This document shows, piece after piece, positions 9,152 through 14,921 of a DNA stretch of 31,713 nt. The position numbers were made by a program, and so were the translations under genes. The stretch is from Candidatus Parcubacteria bacterium (GTDB taxonomy: Bacteria > Patescibacteriota > Minisyncoccia > Phycocordibacterales > Phycocordibacteraceae), in the NCBI GenBank assembly GCA_027310925.1, contig DAICZX010000028.1:1-31713 (forward strand). Direction: 5' to 3'. The notes beneath the pieces were generated by a model that had not been told where the DNA came from, made no database searches, and saw only the letters and a program-made list of their open reading frames with translations. Position 1 is the stretch's first letter. Each line of letters begins with the position of its first letter.

Positions 9152-9590
9152 ACGTATTAACTCGTCGATACCGACGGTCGAGACGAAGTAGCCACGCTCC
9201 CAGAGGCTTTGGCGTTCGTAGAGGCCATGGGTGCGTTTGATTTTCTTCTTCATCTAGGCAGAGCTTTTGCCCTTCAGTATCTGCATGATGTATGAGACTG
9301 ATTATCTCGGCATGGCGAGTAGACAGAGAGCAATGTGGTCTTCCTGAATGCTGAGTTCGATAATCTCCCAGTGTTTCCATTTGGCGATTGTTTCGAAGAT
9401 TCTCCGCAGTTCACCGCTCACCTTGTCTGAGCCGAGGGCTTTGCCTCGGTATTTGGGTGTCCACACGAGATGGTATTTGAGGTCGTAGAAACAATCGGAT
9501 AATGTACGTATCGTACGTTTGTGCTGGCGCATGAGCGTATAAGTGAGTTGCCTTCTAACGTACACTCCGGCTTCGCCGGAGGTTTTTCCT
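9150..9590 (-). mobile_element. IS200/IS605-family element remnant (left end plus truncated tnpA)
   Basis: Subterminal hairpin CTCCGGC-GAA-GCCGGAG at 9565-9581, immediately upstream of a Y1 transposase remnant. No right end seen. Confidence 0.7.
9152..9532 (-). pseudogene. tnpA: IS200-type Y1 transposase pseudogene
   Basis: YDLKYHLVWTPKYRGK, EDHIAL (degenerate HUH), SYIMQILKGKSS and LWERGYFVSTVG motifs. In-frame stops at TAA 9302-9304 and TAG 9254-9256; truncated before the catalytic Tyr helix. Confidence 0.88.
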
Positions 9591-9592
9591 AT

Positions 9593-9620
9593 AAAAAACT
9601 CGCGCACCGGAGTGCACGAG
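9593..9620 (-). terminator. Intrinsic terminator of pyrE-pyrF
   Basis: Minus strand CTCGTGCAC-TCCG-GTGCGCGAG followed by T6, about 30 nt after the pyrF stop. Confidence 0.75.
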
Positions 9621-9649
9621 CTAATTGTTAATGAGACTTCCCATGTTGG

Positions 9650-10390
9650 CTATGCCACAGCCGAAGCGATTTCCTCGATGGTCAACATGGCAGCATCATA
9701 GGGCTTTTCGGCCTTCACGATCGGTCGGCCAACCACTATACGATCCGCTCCTGCTCTAATGGCTTTTGCGGGGGTCATGATGCGTTCCGGATTCTGATCA
9801 TCGCCAGGAACGATCGCCCACGTCGGCCGGATGGCCGGAGTATTGAGCGACAAAACAATGCCAAATTTCGCACGAAGCACTTCTGCCTCTCTGGGAGACG
9901 AGATGAGCCCGTCGAGTTTCGCATCTGCTGCGACTTGGGCGAACCGAATAACAGCTTCCTCGGTTGAGCAAGTGAACATCGCCTTGGTGTCAGCGTCCTT
10001 GAGGCTCGTGAGAACCGTCACGCCGAGCACTTCCGTGTCCGGCAATTCTGTCTTGAGGGCTTGCATGGCGGTGAGACCAGCGACACACATCGTGGTGAGC
10101 ATTTCTGGTTTCGCTTCGCGGATTAGAACACCGTCCGTGGACAACGTCTCCCCGATGTCGATCAGCTTGAGGTCAGCGAAGACCAGCAAACCACGTGACT
10201 GGATTTCACCGATCAGGTCGTAGCCGCAAGCTCGTAGAGCAGAATTCACCTTGAGGTAGACTCCGGTTCCTTTGAGGCTGTCGGCCAATGTCAGGACCTG
10301 GGCTTTCACCCAGTCCCTTCCGTTCTGACCCGTTGGCTTGAAGTCGGCGGCTACGATCAATCGCTCCGCCGGTGTCAGTGCCTTTTGCAT
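9650..10390 (-). CDS. pyrF: Orotidine-5'-phosphate decarboxylase
   Basis: IVAAD, YLKV, FADLKLIDIGET (DxKxxDI), GVTVLTS, TPAIRP, DDQ..IMTP and IVVGRPI motifs. Confidence 0.93.
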   Translation of the reverse strand: MQKALTPAERLIVAADFKPTGQNGRDWVKAQVLTLADSLKGTGVYLKVNSALRACGYDLIGEIQSRGLLVFADLKLIDIGETLSTDGVLIREAKPEMLTTMCVAGLTAMQALKTELPDTEVLGVTVLTSLKDADTKAMFTCSTEEAVIRFAQVAADAKLDGLISSPREAEVLRAKFGIVLSLNTPAIRPTWAIVPGDDQNPERIMTPAKAIRAGADRIVVGRPIVKAEKPYDAAMLTIEEIASAVA

Positions 10391-10418
10391 GTGCTGTTTC
10401 CTTTCGTTTGGGTGAGAA

Positions 10419-11135
10419 TTACTGTTGCATTGTTGCGCAGAGACGCGCCCAATTCTTCTTCACTTCGAGTTCGAGCCTACCGGCGGCGATGTCGACGACA
10501 ACTTCAAGATCGTCCTGTTCGTATTCCGGATACGCCTCACGAATGGAAGCGATCACTGGCAGACCTTTGTAGGTCGTATCGTGAATCGGAGAGCGGTTGA
10601 GCGCCCCGACGAGTAACACAATGTCCGCTCCAGTGACGGCGATTTCGGCGATGGTGTTATCAGTATTCTGGAAATTGTTGTAAACGTCTTCCGCAATAGC
10701 AACACGTTCGCCTTGCTCGAAATCGAACTGCGAGAGGTCCCAGGAGTATTCCTGTTTCTTGCCCGCTTCCGTCGGCTTCGGCTTCTTGTCTGCATACGCG
10801 AACCTCTTGCCGGCGATGAGCGCAAGCATCTGACCGAACGTCCGACCGCCTTGCGGAATTCCGCAGACGGTGTCGAACGAGTCGAGCAGACCTTGGTCAC
10901 TGAGTTTCTGGCAGGCAGCCTCGGCATACGCCTCGACCGCCCTTGGATGAACTTCGATGCGCCGGAAGTTGAAGTAGATGTCTCCGACAAGATTCCGTCC
11001 TTTGCCGTCTTTCCCCGCGTAGGCGACCAGAGGCCCATTGCGTAGAGAGCCGACTTTCGAGCAGACATAGACGGCGTTACAGCGCTTCCCCAGTTCCAGG
11101 AGGTCTTCTCCTGGCAGTGGAATAATTGGCTTCAT
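10419..11135 (-). CDS. pyrE: Orotate phosphoribosyltransferase
   Basis: Type I PRT with YFNFR, VCGIPQGG and the PRPP loop VAIAEDVYNN; adjacent to pyrF; SD AGGAG at 11144-11148. Confidence 0.82.
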   Translation of the reverse strand: MKPIIPLPGEDLLELGKRCNAVYVCSKVGSLRNGPLVAYAGKDGKGRNLVGDIYFNFRRIEVHPRAVEAYAEAACQKLSDQGLLDSFDTVCGIPQGGRTFGQMLALIAGKRFAYADKKPKPTEAGKKQEYSWDLSQFDFEQGERVAIAEDVYNNFQNTDNTIAEIAVTGADIVLLVGALNRSPIHDTTYKGLPVIASIREAYPEYEQDDLEVVVDIAAGRLELEVKKNWARLCATMQQ

Positions 11136-11288
11136 TGGTTATTCTCCTTTGAAAGGACAAGATCACGATTACGCGTTTAAAGCAACGCTTTGGCCCGTGT
11201 CGATTAAATTCGACACCGAGTTGGACGGTATATTAAAATCAACTACTAGTAAAGAGAGGGCTCAAAAATCCTGTTCGATTCCAAATGG

Positions 11289-11583
11289 AAATACGTTGTA
11301 TATATTGAAAACGCAAAAACCACGAAAGTGGTTTTTGCGTGCTTTTCTAGTCGAACAGGGGCGCCGGTACTGTACCGACTTTGACGGGGAACGGTACTGG
11401 CTCCTGGCGTCACAACCGTGTTGCGGGAGGCGGTACGGTACCCGTCACTGCAAGCAATCTAAAGGTTCTTTCGCACTCTCTCTTCCCTCTTTAGCGACGG
11501 GGCCGGTATAGATCAGTTTTGAGATGATTGAAAGGTTTCCAGCAGGTTTTGAACGACGAACAGGAGAAGCGGTACTGTACTAA
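11289..11583. repeat. Cassette junction A (arm type 1, core 11404-11424, arm type 3)
   Basis: 11289-11427 matches 14347-14485 at 124/139 positions. 11428-11583 is a diverged copy of 12687-12845. Confidence 0.9.
11311..11340. terminator. Terminator hairpin in junction A
   Basis: Perfect 13-bp stem ACGCAAAAACCAC / GTGGTTTTTGCGT with a GAAA loop. Confidence 0.8.
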
Positions 11584-11594
11584 AAAATGCTACG

Positions 11595-12551
11595 TCACGA
11601 ATTACCCTCTTCACCTTGAGCCATCTGCGTGTGCCACGCTTCTTCAAACGAGGAACGAACTTCTTTCTGAAGGTTTACTTTCTCATCCTGATTGTCAGAA
11701 CTGAAGTAACGTTCAACAAGGACATCAACTTTTTCTCGCTCAGCGGAATCACGTAATACCCCAAGACATGCGAGGACTCTGAGCGAGCTCTTCCCAAAGG
11801 TCGCTTCAATGGCTTTTAGGGAAAATAGACTCTCGGCAAACTGTCCGCGTTCGAAATCATCCATCACTTCTCTTACAGAAATCCCTTTAGTCGCCGCCAC
11901 TCCTCTAACAATTTTAGAAAAAACATCATTATACTGCGCGTACCCATATTGAAATCCCTCAATATCTTTGTTGGCGATGCCGAGTTCCTGCTCAAGTTCT
12001 TCCTTAGTCGCCTCTAGAATCCTGACCGCCATGTACTCCGTCACGATCTCATTAAATCCCGTGAGAGCCGCACGACCTTCTGGTTCCTTCCATGGGGACG
12101 CAAGCTGATAACCGATCCGTGCAGGAACCGTTCCGTGTTCTTCACTTCCGAAGAACCTATGCTTTGATGCGCGGTGGGTCATTTCGTGAATCAGAGTATC
12201 CAGCAAGTCAGCTCCGCCATGATGTTTGTTCTTATTTACGAAAATCGCATCGTCAAATGCGGAGGCGAAGCCATGATCGACACTATTCCCGAGTCGCTTT
12301 TCATACGCTTCGGCTGACAGCATGTGAATCTTCTCAGAAGGTATCGGTGTGTATGGAATACCGAGATTAGCGAGACGACGCCGCAACAGATCATTTGCCT
12401 TATCAATATACGCATGATCTTCTTCGGTTTTCTCCTCTTCTCCCTCGACAGGCGCGGCAGATTCTTTTGCCCACCTTTCCAAAGACTTTTCCGCTTGAGC
12501 CAACTCCTCCTCGCCATAGGCTCTACCAATGAATTTGGGTCCTTTCTCCAT
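11595..12551 (-). CDS. Putative zinc metallopeptidase (cassette cargo)
   Basis: TLIHEMTHRAS (HExxH) plus a downstream FNEIVTE third-ligand motif. Start MEKGPKF lies 8 nt after a TATACT box. Confidence 0.7.
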   Translation of the reverse strand: MEKGPKFIGRAYGEEELAQAEKSLERWAKESAAPVEGEEEKTEEDHAYIDKANDLLRRRLANLGIPYTPIPSEKIHMLSAEAYEKRLGNSVDHGFASAFDDAIFVNKNKHHGGADLLDTLIHEMTHRASKHRFFGSEEHGTVPARIGYQLASPWKEPEGRAALTGFNEIVTEYMAVRILEATKEELEQELGIANKDIEGFQYGYAQYNDVFSKIVRGVAATKGISVREVMDDFERGQFAESLFSLKAIEATFGKSSLRVLACLGVLRDSAEREKVDVLVERYFSSDNQDEKVNLQKEVRSSFEEAWHTQMAQGEEGNS

Positions 12552-12558
12552 ATGGATG

Positions 12559-12845
12559 AAGTATAGCTTGATTCTCAAAACGCAAAAGCCGCTCTTTCGA
12601 GCGGCTTTTGCGTACGTGATGCCGAGCGGTACTGTACTGGTCCCAACGGGGAACGGTACTGGTTCCTGGCGTCACAACCGTGTTGCCCGTGTCGGTACTG
12701 TACCCGCCACCGCAAGCAATCCAAAGGTTCTGTCGGCTCTCTTCTTCCCTCTTCGTCGACGGGGGCCGGTATGGGTCGGTTTTGGGATGATTGAAGGATT
12801 TTGGGCGAGTCCCGATAAGCAAACAGGCGGGGCGGTACTGTATTA
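12559..12845. repeat. Cassette junction B (arm type 2, core 12666-12686, arm type 3)
   Basis: 12559-12639 is identical to 14167-14247 (81 bp). Contains five CGGTAC-type boxes and the 21-bp core. Confidence 0.92.
12580..12613. terminator. Terminator hairpin in junction B
   Basis: Perfect 15-bp stem ACGCAAAAGCCGCTC / GAGCGGCTTTTGCGT. Confidence 0.85.
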
Positions 12846-12847
12846 AC

Positions 12848-14161
12848 TTATACAACAGACTGTAGTTCATCAATCGCATTTGCAGTCTTTGCGATCCGAT
12901 GCATTTCATTTTCGCGAAAAAACGGAACGGAATGTCCCATCGCTATGGCGAATTTCCTGTGCTCCGGTGTATCGGACACAAGCCCAGCGCCGAGAGAACC
13001 TTTGTGTTCTTCACGTTGAGTTTTCGCTTTCTCGAGAGCAGAAGTTTGAAACATGGCTGGATCGTACATGCCCACGACTTCAGTCGAACGCACTTCAGGA
13101 GGTAGAGGAACTCCGTCGCGCAAATTTCCTATGATTTCTGCGATAGCTTCTTTTTTCAAAGCTTCCTGCTCCTTACTCATGTTCTTAGATATCCCCTGTT
13201 CAGCCATTCGTGTATCCACCTTATCCATAAACGGTTTCTCTCTAAAAGTAGCAGTACGAGCGTAGGGGTTCGTAAGAAGATTGTAGAGACCGTCGAGCGC
13301 AAATCCTGCTGGCAATTGCCATCGCTTCCTCGAAGTCGGGAGATCACTCGGCCCTACAGGAACATCAAGACGAACATTTAAGAATGGTTTGATGTCGCGT
13401 TCGTCTTGAGACTGCGTGGCTATCCCGTCTTTCAAAACCTGTGCTGCGGTTTCGGCTGCAAGGCTTCCACCCATCGAGAGGCCAGAAAACAGCACATCGG
13501 TTTTCGCGCTTACCTTATCCGCAGATAGAACAGAATCGACAAAAACAGCATAGGCCTTGCCGAACTGTTCAAACGCATGATCGCCGTGCATTGCTTCTAC
13601 GAACTCATCTGATACCGATCCATATTCATTCGATGGAGAACCGAGTACGTAGAGCTCGTCTGATTCAGGATCTCTTCTCTCAGAAAGTGCTTCAAGCGCG
13701 CGTGGCAAACGTGCAACGACCTGATGCATCACTTCTTCGAAGAAGCAGAATTGATTGCCATTTTGAGGGTTCAAGAATGTCCCGAAAACAAATTCTTTTT
13801 TTGATTTCTTCTCAGCCCCAGCATCTTCAGCTTCTTCTCGATTTTTCTCCGCAGCAGGAATCTTGTCAGAGGATTGCTGCAATTCTCGTGCAATATCTCC
13901 CACGCGGACGACTGTCCACGGGAAAGATGCGCCAACTTCTTTTGCTTCAAAAACAGCACTGTTTCGAATACCTTGCTCAGTGAGCGTTTCAAATAGGCGC
14001 CTAACGGTCTCTACTGATTCGAGATTAAGGTTATTCTCCTTTGCATATTTTTCAAATGCCGTGATTGCGTATTCTGCATGATGAGTGAGTATCTTTTCTC
14101 GTGCATCGAGAGCAGATTCTTTCTCACTCGATGTAGTAGGTTTTGGGAAATTCTCTTTCAT
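12848..14161 (-). CDS. Putative alpha/beta-hydrolase, lipase-like (cassette cargo)
   Basis: FSGLSMGGSLA (GxSxG nucleophile elbow), with candidate Asp (GMYDP) and His (MGHSVP). ATG lies 6 nt after TATACT. Confidence 0.65.
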   Translation of the reverse strand: MKENFPKPTTSSEKESALDAREKILTHHAEYAITAFEKYAKENNLNLESVETVRRLFETLTEQGIRNSAVFEAKEVGASFPWTVVRVGDIARELQQSSDKIPAAEKNREEAEDAGAEKKSKKEFVFGTFLNPQNGNQFCFFEEVMHQVVARLPRALEALSERRDPESDELYVLGSPSNEYGSVSDEFVEAMHGDHAFEQFGKAYAVFVDSVLSADKVSAKTDVLFSGLSMGGSLAAETAAQVLKDGIATQSQDERDIKPFLNVRLDVPVGPSDLPTSRKRWQLPAGFALDGLYNLLTNPYARTATFREKPFMDKVDTRMAEQGISKNMSKEQEALKKEAIAEIIGNLRDGVPLPPEVRSTEVVGMYDPAMFQTSALEKAKTQREEHKGSLGAGLVSDTPEHRKFAIAMGHSVPFFRENEMHRIAKTANAIDELQSVV

Positions 14162-14166
14162 GCTTC

Positions 14167-14343
14167 AAGTATAGCTTGATTCTCAAAACGCAAAAGCCGC
14201 TCTTTCGAGCGGCTTTTGCGTACGTGATGCCGAGCGGTACTGTACTGACCCTGATGGGGGTCGGCACTGGTTCCCCTCCTTCGCCAAGGCTACGGACGGG
14301 CAATGCTGGCGTCACAACCGTGTTGCGAGAAAAGGAGTCGAAC
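14167..14343. repeat. Cassette junction C (arm type 2 with a 32-bp insert, core 14306-14326, degenerate tRNA 3' fragment)
   Basis: 81-bp identity with junction B; core CTGGCGTCACAACCGTGTTGC; GGAGTCGAAC at 14334-14343 corresponds to the tRNA T-loop. Confidence 0.88.
14188..14221. terminator. Terminator hairpin in junction C
   Basis: Identical to 12580-12613. Confidence 0.85.
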
Positions 14344-14346
14344 TAA

Positions 14347-14485
14347 AAATACGTTGTATATGCTGAAAACGCAAAAACCACTTTCGTAGTTTTTGCTCGC
14401 ATTTCTAGCTGAACAGGGGCGCCGGTACAGTACCGACTTTGACGGGGAACGGTACTGGTTCCTGGCGCCACAACCGTGTTGCGGG
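14347..14485. repeat. Junction D (arm type 1 plus core 14462-14482 overlapping the tRNA-fMet 3' end)
   Basis: Direct repeat of 11289-11427; the core ends inside the tRNA acceptor stem. Confidence 0.9.
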
Positions 14486-14769
14486 GGTCGGAATCGAACC
14501 GACGTCTGGAGGTTATGCTTACCACTACAACTTTCGTTGCTCTTGCACATTTGATTTGTGGTCTGGACTATGCCTTCACCCACGAAGGGTGTCTACCGTC
14601 TAGTCTCTACACCTTCCCTTCTCCTTACTGAGAAAGGCTTGGCTCGGTATTGCCGTGCGCTTATGGGCGCGAGGGTTTCACCGAATTTGGCAGATGATCT
14701 TATGCGCAATTACTCGCGCAAACGCCCGAATTGTTCAAGCCTCCCGAGGTACCTCTCCTCTACCCCGCT
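14479..14769 (-). tRNA. tRNA-fMet (CAT), intron-containing
   Basis: 5' exon 14769-14738 (AGCGGGG TA GAGG AGAGGTA CCTC G GGAGG CT) and 3' exon 14517-14479 (CAT AA CCTCC AGAC GTCGG TTCGATT CCGAC CCCCGCA A) form a full cloverleaf. The 1:72 mismatch and A11:U24 pair indicate the initiator. CCA is not encoded. Confidence 0.92.
14518..14737 (-). ncRNA. Group I self-splicing intron (220 nt, no homing endonuclease)
   Basis: Inserted after U33 and ends in G. P/Q/R/S-like elements AAATTCGGTGAAACC, AATACCGAGCCAAG, GTAGAGACTAGACGG and AGGCATAGTCCA; P7 GACTA/TAGTC. Confidence 0.9.
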
Positions 14770-14776
14770 ATTAGAA

Positions 14777-14782
14777 AGTATA
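14777..14782 (-). promoter_or_regulatory. -10 box of the tRNA-fMet promoter
   Basis: TATACT ending 7 nt upstream of tRNA position 1. Confidence 0.6.
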
Positions 14783-14921
14783 CACAAGGAACCATGTTAA
14801 GCAATAATCCTCTACAGAACCATGACTCGAAGAATCGCGATAAGAGGAACGGGTAAGCGGACATTTCCAGACTCATATTGGCGTCATTGTTGCACTCAAT
14901 TCTGTGTTTTTAAGGAAGACG

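Noticed and set aside
8693-9253. 186-aa ORF as a genuine single gene
   Set aside because: It is a chimera of a tnpA remnant and an unrelated fragment, and starts at an internal ATG right after a nonsense codon.
7160-9532. Stop-codon reassignment (e.g. TGA read as Gly) explaining the interrupted transposases
   Set aside because: The interruptions include TAG, TAA and frameshifts as well as TGA, and intact genes here end normally in TGA.
11179-11216. Hairpins in the pyrE leader as a PyrR attenuator or riboswitch
   Set aside because: Two short stems exist (11179-11191, 11197-11216) but there is no PyrR-binding consensus and no terminator/antiterminator pair that I can support.
11291-11312. dif/Xer site in arm 1 (ATACGT-TGTATA-TATTGAAA)
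   Set aside because: Only the TGTATA centre resembles dif; the arms match poorly and the position is better explained as a -10 box.
11289-14485. CRISPR array or classical integron attC array as the explanation for the repeats
   Set aside because: Spacing is 156-1640 bp with whole genes between copies; no cas or intI gene is present; no RYYYAAC...GTTRRRY attC ends with a long imperfect stem.
11149-14909. Small ORFs over the junctions (11149-11511, 12523-12909, 12529-12846, 14124-14346, 14290-14800)
   Set aside because: They are translations of the repeats, tRNA and intron; their mutual similarity just reflects the DNA repeat.
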